A program made the translations under genes and the position numbers. Under the pieces are notes generated by a model. That model worked only from the letters and a program-made list of their open reading frames with translations. It was not told the DNA's origin and searched no databases. A stretch of DNA of 64,000 nt from Ranitomeya imitator (Eukaryota), in the NCBI RefSeq assembly GCF_032444005.1, contig NC_091289.1, forward strand, positions 4,402,001 through 4,466,000, given 5' to 3'. Of the stretch, positions 38,572-61,158 are shown in pieces (the stretch's first letter is position 1; every line of letters begins with the position of its first letter).

Positions 38572-38757
38572 CAGAGGTGTCAACCTGCATTCCTCAAGGG
38601 CTGCAAACAGGTCATGTTTTCAGGATTTCCTTGTACTGCACAGGTGATAATTTAATCACCTACACACATAATGATTGCAGCACCTTGTGCAAAGCTAAGG
38701 AAATCTGGAAAACACGCATGGTTTGCGGCCCTCGAGGAATGCAGTTTGACCCCCCTG
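38572..38757. mobile_element. hAT-type MITE
   Basis: Imperfect ~37-bp TIRs (CAGAGGTGTCAACCTGCATTCCTCAAGGGCTGCAAAC / GTTTGCGGCCCTCGAGGAATGCAGTTTGACCCCCCTG) and a perfect 8-bp TSD CCCTAGTG (38564-38571, 38758-38765). Confidence 0.88.
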
Positions 38758-39495
38758 CCCTAGTGTCCTGTGTCCTCGGCTGCGAGTGGCTCTTACATTA
38801 GTGACCATTGCCCGACCTAAGAGCTGTTCTGCCAGTGTATTTGATCTGTTCCTCACAAGTGCAGCCCCCCCCCCCCCCCCCCCACCGCTGTTTTTACGCT
38901 CACGGTTATGTATTTTCTCTTGAACTTTTTGTCCAGAACAGTCACTATATATTTTTTCAGATATAAAAATCGTTTCCCACTAAATAATTTGATCAATTTT
39001 CCCTTTTTTCTGCTTTCACATCGGTCCTGCATTGGTGGTAAACACGTTGTTAATGCTCGTTTGGTTCAGCAAAAATCCAGCTAAACCTGCTTTTTTCCTG
39101 CAGCCTTTTTACTGCCAAGAGATCAGGTTTTGGCTGCTGAAAAGAAGGAGCAAAAAAAGCAACGTGTGAACAAAGCCTTATTGTTCAGTCCCCTGTACAG
39201 CTGCAGTCCACATTTTGCTGGTTCCTGTCGGCTCTGCTCGCTGCTCCCAGCTGCTGGCTCGGTGCATTGGGCGGATCTGATGCATTTGTAGTGTCTGTTG
39301 GTACAGTGCAGCGACAGAATAATGAATGCAGCTCTGGATGTGACTGCAGCCACGATGTAGCTCAGGATCAGTCGCAGGTAAAGCACAGTGGACATACTCT
39401 ATTTAAGTGTAATAACCTACTCTGTATTTTCTCCTGCAGGTTTCCTGTGGACTGTGTGACTATGCTTCCTGACCCACGGTGACGACCAAACTACC

Positions 39496-50467
<10,972 letters not shown>

Positions 50468-50749
50468 GGAAGGGTCCTGACTCGTCTGTTGGGGGTCAGT
50501 GTCTTCGTGACTCACTGTCCTGTCTTTTAGCATCGTGCCCTGGAGGGGAAGATGTCATCCTCTTACCACCCTAGGCCAGGAATTTGGGGACCGGTGGTTG
50601 GCTCCGTGCTCTGCAGCTCCGCATCATAATCTGCAGACCTACAGCAACTGTAGGACTAACGTGACAAATAATCCTGCACAACCCACATACTGTACATGCT
50701 GTATCTGAGAGTCACTGCAGAGCGCTACGCCCGTAGAGGGAACTACCGC

Positions 50750-53700
50750 ACACAGTGTGATATCCTCCACTCTGAGCGCTCCTCCTCCCATAGTGATATC
50801 CTCCGCTCTGAGCGCTCCTCCTCCCATAGTGATATCCTCCACGTTCAGAGCGCTCCTCCCATAGTGATATCCTCCACGCTCAGAGCGCTCCTCCTCCCAT
50901 AGTGATATCCTCCACGCTCAGAGCGCTCCTCCTCCCATAGTGATATCCTCCACGCTCAGAGCGCTCCTCCTCCCATAGTGATATCCTCCACGCTCAGAGC
51001 GCTCCTCCTCCCATAGTGATATCCTCCACGCTCAGAGCGCTCCTCCTCCCATAGTGATATCCTCCACGCTCAGAGCGCTCCTCCTCCCATAGTGATATCC
51101 TCCACGCTCAGAGCGCTCCTCCTCCCATAGTGATATCCTCCACGCTCAGAGCGCTCCTCCTCCCATAGTGATATCCTCCTCCTCCCATAGTGATATCCTC
51201 CACGTTCAGAGCGCTCCTCCTCCCATAGTGATATCCTCCTCCTCCCATAGTGATATCCTCCTCCTCCCATAGTGATATCCTCCTCCTCCCATAGTGATAT
51301 CCTCCACGCTCAGAGCGCTCCTCCTCCCATAGTGATATCCTCCACGCTCAGAGCGCTCCTCCTCCCATAGTGATATCCTCCACGCTCAGAGCGCTCCTCC
51401 TCCCATAGTGATATCCTCCACGCTCAGAGCGCTCCTCCTCCCATAGTGATATCCTCCTCCTCCCATAGTGATATCCTCCACGCTCAGAGCGCTCCTCCTC
51501 CCATAGTGATATCCTCCACTCTGAGCGCTCCTCCTCCCATAGTGATATCCTCCACGCTCAGAGCGCTCCTCCTCCCATAGTGATATCCTCCACGCTCAGA
51601 GCGCTCCTCCTCCCATAGTGATATCCTCCACTCCCAGAGCGCTCCTCCTCCCATAGTGATATCCTCCACTCTGAGCGCTCCTCCTCCCATAGTGATATCC
51701 TCCACTCACAGAGCGCTCCTGCTCCCGTAGTGATATCCTCCACGCTCAGAGCGCTCCTCCTCCCGTAGTGATATCCTTCACGCTCAGAGCGCTCCTCCTC
51801 CCATAGTGATATCCTCCACGTTCAGAGCGCTCCTCCTCCCATAGTGATATCCTCCACTCCCAGAGCGCTCCTCCTCCCATAGTGATATCCTCCACTCCCA
51901 GAGCGCTCCTCCTCCCATAGTGATATCCTCCACTCCCAGAGCGCTCCTCTGTTGTGAATTCTGTGGTCGAGCTCCCTCCTGTGGTCACAAGTGGTACTTC
52001 GGCTGATTCTGTCTATGGGCTTCCGTTGGTGGATGTGAGTGGTACTGCGGCTTCTGAGTTTCCTTCCTCAGGTGATGAGGTTAAGTCGTTAGGTGCTGCT
52101 CTATTTAACTCCACCTAGTGCTTTGATCCTGGCCTCCAGTCAATGTTCCAGTATTGGTCTTGCTTCCTCCTGGATCGTTCTTGTGGCCTGTCTGCCCTGC
52201 ATAAGCTAAGTTCTGCTTGTGTTACTTTTGTTTGCTATATTTTCTGTCCAGCTTGCTATATTGGTTTTTCTTGCTTGCTGGAAGCTCTGAGACGCAGAGG
52301 GAGCACCTCCGTACCGTTAGTCGGTGCGGAGGGTCTTTTTGCCTCTCTGCGTGGTTGTTTGTAGGTTTTTGTGTTGACCGCAAAGCTATCTTTCCTATCC
52401 TCGGTCTATTCAGTAAGTCGGGCCTCACTTTGCTAAATCTATTTCATCTCTGTGTTTGTATTTTCATCTTACTCACAGTCATTATATGTGGGGGGCTGCC
52501 TTTTCCTTTGGGGAATTTCTCTGAGGCAAGGTAGGCTTATTTTTCTATCTTCAGGGCTAGCTAGTTTCTCAGGCTGTGCCGAGTTGCATAGGGAGCGTTA
52601 AGCGCAATCCACGGCTGCCTCTAGTGTGGTGTGATAGGATTAGGGATTGCGGTCAGCAGAGTTCCCACGTCTCAGAGCTCGTCATATGTTTTTTGGTTAT
52701 TGTCAGGTCACTTTGTGTGCTCTGAACTTCAAGGTCCATTGTGGTTCTGAATTACCTATTCATAACACTCCTCCTCCCATAGTGATATCCTTCACGCTCA
52801 GAGCGCTCCTCCTCCCATAGTGATATCCTCCATGCTCAGAGCGCTCCTCCTCCCATAGTGATATCCTCCACGCTCAGAGCGCTCCTCCTCCCATAGTGAT
52901 ATCCTCCACGCTCAGAGCGCTCCTCCTCCCATAGTGATATCCTCCATGCTCAGAGCGCTCCTCCTCCCATAGTGATATCCTCCACGCTCAGAGCGGTCCT
53001 CCTCCCATAGTGATATCCTCCACGCTCAGAGCGCTCCTCCTCCCATAGTGATATCCTTCACGCTCAGAGCGCTCCTCCTCCCATAGTGATATCCTCCACG
53101 CTCAGAGCGCTCCTCCTCCCATAGTGATATCCTCCACGCTCAGAGCGCTCCTCCTCCCATAGTGATATCCTCCACGCTCAGAGCGCTCCTCCTCCCATAG
53201 TGATATCCTCCACGCTCAGAGCGCTCCTCCTCCCATAGTGATATCCTCCACGCTCAGAGCGCTCCTCCTCCCATAGTGATATCCTCCACGCTCAGAGCGC
53301 TCCTCCTCCCATAGTGATATCCTCCACGCTCAGAGCGCTCCTCCTCCCATAGTGATATCCTCCACGCTCAGAGCGCTCCTCCTCCCATAGTGATATCCTC
53401 CACGCTCAGAGCGCTCCTCCTCCCATAGTGATATCCTCCACGCTCAGAGCGCTCCTCCTCCCATAGAGTGATATCCTCCTCCTCCCATAGTGATATCCTC
53501 CACGTTCAGAGCGCTCCTCCTCCCATAGTGATATCCTCCACGCTCAGAGCGCTCCTCCTCCCATAGTGATATCCTCCACGCTCAGAGCGCTCCTCCTCCC
53601 ATAGTGATATCCTCCACGCTCAGAGCGCTCCTCCTCCCATAGTGATATCCTCCACGCTCAGAGCGCTCCTCCTCCCATAGTGATATCCTCCACGCTCAGA

Positions 53701-55515
53701 GCGCTCCTCCCATAGTGATATCCTCCACGCTCAGAGCGCTCCTCCTCCCATAGTGATATCCTCCACGCTCAGAGCGCTCCTCCTCCCATAGTGATATCCT
53801 CCTCCTCCCATAGTGATATCCTCCTCCTCCCATAGTGATATCCTCCTCCTCCCATAGCGATATCCTCCACGCTCAGAGCGCTCCTCCTCCCATAGTGATA
53901 TCCTCCACGCTGAGAGCGCTCCTCCTCCCATAGTGATATCCTCCACGCTCAGAGCGCTCCTCCTCCCATAGTGATATCCTCCACGCTCAGAGCGCTCCTC
54001 CTCCCATAGAGTGATATCCTCCTCCTCCCATAGTGATATCCTCCTCCTCCCATAGTGATATCCTCCACGTTCAGAGCGCTCCTCCTCCCATAGTGATATC
54101 CTCCACGCTCAGAGCGCTCCTCCTCCCATAGTGATATCCTCCACGCTCAGAGCGCTCCTCCTCCCATAGTGATATCCTCCACGCTCAGAGCGCTCCTCCC
54201 ATAGTGATATCCTCCACGCTCAGAGCGCTCCTCCTCCCATAGTGATATCCTCCACGCTCAGAGCGCTCCTCCTCCCATAGTGATATCCTCCACGCTCAGA
54301 GCGCTCCTCCCATAGTGATATCCTCCACGCTCAGAGCGCTCCTCCTCCCATAGTGATATCCTCCACGCTCAGAGCGCTCCTCCTCCCATAGTGATATCCT
54401 CCTCCTCCCATAGTGATATCCTCCTCCTCCCATAGCGATATCCTCCACGCTCAGAGCGCTCCTCCTCCCATAGTGATATCCTCCACGCTCAGAGCGCTCC
54501 TCCTCCCATAGTGATATCCTCCACGCTCAGAGCGCTCCTCCTCCCATAGTGATATCCTCCACGCTCAGAGCGCTCCTCCCATAGTGATATCCTCCACGCT
54601 CAGAGCGCTCCTCCTCCCATAGAGTGATATCCTCCTCCTCCCATAGTGATATCCTCCTCCTCCCATAGTGATATCCTCCACGTTCAGAGCGCTCCTCCTC
54701 CCATAGTGATATCCTCCACGTTCAGAGCGCTCCTCCTCCCATAGTGATATCCTCCACGCTCAGAGCGCTCCTCCTCCCATAGTGATATCCTCCACGCTCA
54801 GAGCGCTCCTCCTCCCATAGTGATATCCTCCACGCTCAGAGCGCTCCTCCTCCCATAGTGATATCCTCCACGCTCAGAGCGCTCCTCCTCCCATAGTGAT
54901 ATCCTCCACGCTCAGAGCGCTCCTCCTCCCATAGAGTGATATCCTCCTCCTCCCATAGTGATATCCTCCACGCTCAGAGCGCTCCTCCTCCCATAGTGAT
55001 ATCCTCCACGCTCAGAGCGCTCCTCCTCCCATAGTGATATCCTCCACGCTCAGAGCGCTCCTCCTCCCATAGAGTGATATCCTCCTCCTCCCATAGAGTG
55101 ATATCCTTCGCTCAGAGCGCTCCTCCTCCCATAGTGATATCCTCCTCCTCCCATAGCGATATCCTCCACGCTCAGAGCGCTCCTCCTCCCATAGTGATAT
55201 CCTCCTCCTTCCATAGAGTGATATCCTTCGCTCAGAGCGCTCCTCCTCCCATAGTGATATCCTCCTCCTCCCATAGCGATATCCTCCACGCTCAGAGCGC
55301 TCCTCCTCCCATAGTGATATCCTCCACGCTCAGAGCGCTCCTCCTCCCATAGTGATATCCTCCTCCTCCCATAGTGATATCCTCCTCCTTCCATAGTGAT
55401 ATCCTCCTCCTTCCATAGAGTGATATCCTTCGCTCAGAGCGCTCCTCCTCCCATAGTGATGTCCTCCTCCTCCCATAGTGATATCCTCCTCCTCCCATAG
55501 TGATATGCTCCACGC
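50750..55515. repeat. Minisatellite, 38-bp unit (interrupted by the solo LTR)
   Basis: CTCCCATAGTGATATCCTCCACGCTCAGAGCGCTCCTC repeated on both sides of 51950-52767. Confidence 0.93.
51950..52767. mobile_element. Solo LTR inserted in the 38-bp satellite
   Basis: An 818-bp unique block with TGTTGTGAAT...ATTCATAACA termini (TG...CA, inverted ends) and an apparent CTCCTC target duplication; no coding sequence. Confidence 0.8.
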
Positions 55516-56479
55516 TGTGACCCACGGCTTTCCTCTCACAGACGGGTTGGGGGTCACACGTTCCCTGTGTCTCCTTGTGCTTTCTGGTGATTTTTGCCCC
55601 TCGGGCCCTGACTATATCTCTATATATTGCTGGCCACAGTGTGTCTGTGAGACCCCCACTGTGCTGGCACCAGGCAGGACCCTCTCCTGTGCATATGCCT
55701 TAATATCACTACCATGCACCTCGCTCTCAGGCCGCAGACCCTCACCCTCCGTTCTGCAGCACAGCACTGCTGGAGTATCCGTTGCTTTGTGTCAGTCCAG
55801 CCTCTCACTTTTGGAGACGGCTAAGCGTTTTAACCCCTTGGTTGCTGTTAGACTGACACCACAGCCAGGCGGCTAGGCCATTCCTCCGCCTCGGATTCGC
55901 TGCAGCGCCATTTTGTACTGTTCCTATTTGATATTTATTTGTTTGAATCTTTCGTGCTTCATTAATAAATTCTTCAGACCCCGAGGACGGTAACGGGTGA
56001 ATGCTCCGCGTTCCTGTGCGTCGGACACCCCCGGGGCTGCCCAGAAGGAAGGAGCCCTCGCTATTCACACAGGAGGACAGCGTCCATCATGGCTTTTCGG
56101 GGGTCGGAATAATAAAAAAATATTTTCCCGGCTGTGTAATCCGCGGCGGGGGCCGTGCGCTGGGGTTGGTTGCAATGTAATCTTCTGTAGCCACGGATTA
56201 AAGAGATTAATGGTGAAATAAGCAGATTCCAGATTCTCTGTTCAGTCTGGACCGCAGCTGTCAGTCCGGGGCACATCGACCCCCAAAATAATCCCAATCC
56301 AGAGCTGGATGCTGCACTCCTGTCTCCCAGAGGAGCGGTCGCTTCACTAGTATCTGGTCAATACATGTTATCTGCACTGATACATTGTAACAAAGGCCGT
56401 ATGTTCAGCTCCTCCATTGTGCTACATTCTAGCAAACCCTTTACTGACCAGATCGGAGCATATGCTCAGCCCCAACATA

Positions 56480-58028
56480 CACTGCTCAAAAAAATAAAGG
56501 GAACACTACAATCCCACATCCTAGATATCGCTGGATGAAATATTCCAGTTGTAAATCTTTATTCATTACATAGTGGAATGTGTTGAGAATAATAAAACCT
56601 AAAAATGATCAATGTAAATCACAACTAATATCTCACGGAGGTCTGGATTTGGAATGATGCTCAAAATCAAAGTGGAAAATGAAGTTACAGGCTGATACAA
56701 CTTCAGTGGAAATGTCTCAAGACAAGGGAATGATGCTCAGTAGTGTGTGTGGCCTCCACGTACCTGTATGACCTCCCTACAATGCTTGGGCATGCTCCTG
56801 ATGAGGCGGCGGATGGTCTCCGGAGGGATCTCCTCCCAGACCTGGACTAAAGCATCCGCCAACTCCTGGACAGTCTGTGGTGCAATGTGACATTGGTGGA
56901 TGGTGCGAGACATGATGTCCCAGATGTGGTCAATCGGATTCAGGTCTGGGGAACGGGCGGCCAGTCCATAGCTTCAATGCCTTCATCTTGCAGGAACTGC
57001 TGACACTCCAGCCACATGAGGTCTGGCATTGTCCTGCATTAGGAGGAGCCCAGGGCCACCGCACCACATGTGGTCTCACAAGGGGTCTGAGGATCTCATC
57101 TCTGTACCTAATGGCGGTCAGGCTATCTCTGGCGAGCACATGGAGGGCTAAGCGGCCCTCTAAAGAAATGCCACCCCACACCATTACTGACCCACTGCCA
57201 AACCGGTCATGCTGAAGGATGTTGCAGGCAGCAGATCGCTCTCCACGGCGTCTCCAGACTCTGTCACATGTGCTCAGTGTGAACCTGCTCTCATCTGTGA
57301 AGAGCACAGGGTGCCAGTGGCAAATTTGCCAATCCTGGTGTTCTGTGGCAAATGCCAAGCATCCTGCATGGTGTTGGGCTGTGAGCACAACCCCCATCTG
57401 TGGACGTCGGGCCCTCAGACCATCCTCATGGAGTCGGTTTCTAACCGTTTGTGCAGACACATGCACATTTGTGGCCTGCTGGAGGTCATTTTGCTGGACT
57501 CTGGCAGTGCTCCTCCTTGCACATAGGCTGAGGTAACAGTCCTGCAGCTGGGTTGTTGCCCTCCTACGGCTTCCTCCACGTCTTCTGGTGTACTGGCCTG
57601 TCTCCTGGTAGCGCCTCCAGCCTCTGGACACTACGCTGACAGACACAGCAAACCTTCTTGCCACAGCTCGCATTGATGTGCCATCCTGGATGAGCTGCAC
57701 TACCTGAGCCACTTGTGTGGGTTAGAGTCCGTCTCATGCTACCACGAGTGTGAAAGCACAACCAACATTCAAAAGTGACCAAAACATCAGCCATAAAGCA
57801 TTGGTACTGAGATGTGGTCTGTGGTCCCCACCTGCAGAACCGATCCTTTATTGAGGGGGTCTTGATAATTGCCAATAATTTCCATCTGTTGTCTATTCCA
57901 TTTGCACAACAGCATGTGACATTGTCAATCAGTGTTGTTCCTAAGTGGACAGTTTGATTTCACAGACGTTTGATTTACTTGGAGTTAGATTTTGTTGTTT
58001 AAGTGTTCCCTTTATTTTTTGTGCAGTG
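56480..58028 (-). mobile_element. Tc1/mariner DNA transposon, degenerate transposase
   Basis: TIRs CACTGCTCAAAAAAATAAAGGGAACACT / AGTGTTCCCTTTATTTTTTGTGCAGTG with TA TSD. Minus strand has the HTH region ([15 protein letters not shown]), FTDESRF, VMVWGGI and NARPH; the 3' part is frameshifted. Confidence 0.93.
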
Positions 58029-58814
58029 TATAAATGTCCCCATTCACTGACAGCTCATGAGTCCCAGAGACGGAAGCAGCGCCGCTAGTCAGTCCGGGGA
58101 ACAGAGGGAGGGGGCAGGTTTGGTGTCCAGTTCTTCCATCTTGTACTTTTTCTGGGGGTCCATTAGACTCTGCCCCAGCAGGATGCAGACAAGAATCAGA
58201 ACCCCGACACTGAAGGCATCTGTCAGTCACTCTGCCCTGCTGTGTGCAGACGAGGGGCCACGTGTGCCAGGGCTCATAGGGGCACTACAGGGGTCGCAGC
58301 TTATTTGCATCTCTCCTGCTGCGAATTCTCAATTCCCCTGACACCAGCCACCCCTTCCCTTCACAAGCCTGGTTGTGCTGGGACTTGTCCTACTACTTCC
58401 CTGACATGACAGACCAGCCCTAGATCTGATGTGGAATGTGACCTTTCATCTCGGAAGGGAGGGGTTGTAGTCCTGACAAGGCAGACGCTGAGCTGCCAGG
58501 AGAAGCTGCCAACACTTAGGAAGAAGAGACGCATACCCCCCCAGAGGAGCAGGGCTACCAAATGGCAAGTATGTCCATGCGGAGCGAGGAGTGTGCAGTA
58601 TGAGGAGCGCGGAGGGGGCAGCACACGGATGGCGGAGGGGACAGTGATGTGCTGCAGGTTCTTTCACTTCCTCGTCAGTCGCCATATTACCAGGTCAGAC
58701 TACAGGAGCCGTGACTGCGTGATCTGCCGCCAGTCATCACTGCTAGAAGTCAGCATGAGATGTTTCCAATTACATAAGAACTTCTGCTCCTTATTTACTG
58801 AAGCCGCTAAACCG

Positions 58815-59610
58815 TTCCTCTTCTTTTTGTTGTGTCTGCACGGCGCCGCTCTTCCGTTCCTCATCTTTCTGTCATGTCTGCACGGCGCCGCTCTTCCGTT
58901 CCTCTTCTTCCGTTCCTATTCTTCCGTTCCTATCTGCACTGTGCCGCTCTTCCGTTCCTCTTCTTTCTGTCGTATCTGCACTGTGCTGCTCTTCTGTTCC
59001 TCATCTTTCTGTCGTGTCTGCACGGCGCCGCTCTTTCGTTCCTCATCTTTCTGTCATGTCTGCACGGCGCCACTCTTCCGTTCCCCATCTTTGTCATGTC
59101 TGCATGGTGCCGCTCTTCGGTTCCTCATTTTTCTGTCGTGTCTGCATGGCGCCGCTGGTCCATTCCACTTCTTTCGGCCTTATCTGCACGGCGCCGCTCT
59201 TCTGTTCCTCTTCGTTCTGTCGTGTCTGCGTGGTGCCGCTGTTCTGTTCCTCTAATTTCGGTTGTGTCTGCGTGGCGCCGCTGTTCCATTCCTCTTCTTT
59301 CTGTCGTGTCTGCATGGTGCCGCTCTTCCGTTCCGCATCTTTCGGTAGTTTTTGCACGGCTTGCTGTTCCGTTCCTCTTCTTTCGGTCGTGTCTGCACGG
59401 CTTGCTGTTCCGTTCCTCTTCTTTCGGTTGTGTCTGCACGGTGCCGCTATTCCATTCCTCTTTCTGTCGTGTCTGCATGGCGCCGCTGTTCCATTCCTCT
59501 TTCGGTTGTGTCTGCACGGCGCCGCTCTTCCGTTCCGCATCTTTCGGTAGCTTTTGCACGGCGCCGCTCCTCCGGTCCTTTTCTTTGGGTCGTGTCTGCA
59601 CAGCACCGGC
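58815..59610. repeat. Diverged minisatellite, ~38-40-bp unit
   Basis: TTCCGTTCCTCTTCTTTCTGTCGTGTCTGCACGGCGCCGCTC-like units. Confidence 0.85.
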
Positions 59611-59690
59611 CACCAGATATTTAGGTTTCTGAAAGGAGGAGGGTCTGTGAACTTGTTAGAAAATGGCACAGAATTTCAGTAATGGATATA

Positions 59691-60453
59691 CACTGCCCAA
59701 AACAAAGGGAACACTACAATCCCACATATCACTGGATGAAATATTCCAGTTACAAATCTTTATTCATTACATAGTGGAATGCGCTGGGAACAATAAAACA
59801 GAAAAATGATCTATGCAAATCAGAATTAGTATCCCATGGAGCTTTGCCTGTGGAATGATTGACATTGGTGGATGGTGCGAGACATGATGTCCCAGATGTG
59901 CTCCATCGGATTCAGGTCTGGGGAACGGGCGGCCAGTCCATAGCTTCAATGCCTTCATCTTGCAGGAACTGCTGACACACTCCAGCCACATGAGGTCTGG
60001 CATTGTCCTGCATTAGGAGGAGCCCAGGGCCAACCGCACCAGCATATGGTCTCACAAAGGGTCTGAGGATGTCATCTCGGTACCTAATGGCAGTCAGGCT
60101 ACCTCTGGCGAGCACATGGAGGGCTGAACTGCCTGAGAAACTTCTGTGGGTTGTAGTCACCGCTTCATGATACTGTACAGTACCTCTAGGGGTGAGAGCA
60201 ATGACAAAATGCAAAAGTGACCAAAACAGCCAAAAAGTATGAGAGCAGAGAAATGGTCTGTGATCTCCCCTGCAGAACCGCTCCTTTTATAGGGGGTGTC
60301 TTGCTAATTGCCGATCAGTTGTCTGCTCCATTTGCAGCAGGAGAAATTGATTCCCAATCGATTTCTTCATAACTGGACCTGGTGATTGCACAGAAGTGTG
60401 ATGGACGTGGAGTTTCATTGTGTTGTGTGTTTCCTTTATGGTTTTGAGCAGTG
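59691..60453 (-). mobile_element. Internally deleted copy of the same Tc1 family
   Basis: Related TIRs and TA flanks; retains LARGSLTAIRYRDDILRPFVRPYAGAVGPGLLLMQDNARPHVAGVCQQFL but lacks the N-terminal half. Confidence 0.88.
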
Positions 60454-61158
60454 TATTAGCGAACGCACTTCCATTTTGGTAACCAGCTACGATGTGGCCC
60501 TCCCTAACGCTCTCCGTGTTTATAGTTGTGCGGCGTTCGTCCCAGTTACGGGCCGGGCTGTGTCTCCTGGTCACTATATCAACCTGAGACTCTGTGTCAC
60601 ATCAACGTTGGATTGTGAATTTATTTTTCACGATTTCTGTGCAGAATTCCTCAGCGTGAGGATAAGATTTGTAAAATGTCGTCTGTGCCCACCGCAGAAT
60701 CCACCCGCGCATATCCACATCGCGAGCCTTCGAGCAGTTCTGTCCGGTGTGGATTTCCTCTAAGGCTTTGTTCACACATTTTCTCCAGTTTTTATCTTCC
60801 GTTGTGAATTATCGTACATTACAAGCTCCACATGCTGAGGAAAGTTTCCACACAGAAATCCGAAAGTGCTGCAGATTGTCAGATCGCGGCTCGTCGTGTT
60901 GTGCGCGTGCCGCAGAATGATCAGTGCAGGTTTCACCATCTGTTTATAGGGGGCACATGGGTGGTCTGCTGGGAGTCGCTGTGGATATGGCTCCAATATT
61001 ACAGGTCTGTGGCTAATAAGCCCTTTCTCTTCTTTTTGCTTACAGTCGAGGCTCGGTACGTTGTGAAGATTTCCTCTGATGTTGACGTCCATTGTGCATT
61101 TTGGGGACTCCTCAAATCCTAATTAACACCGTGGTGACCCCTCGTTCTGCGGATCACC

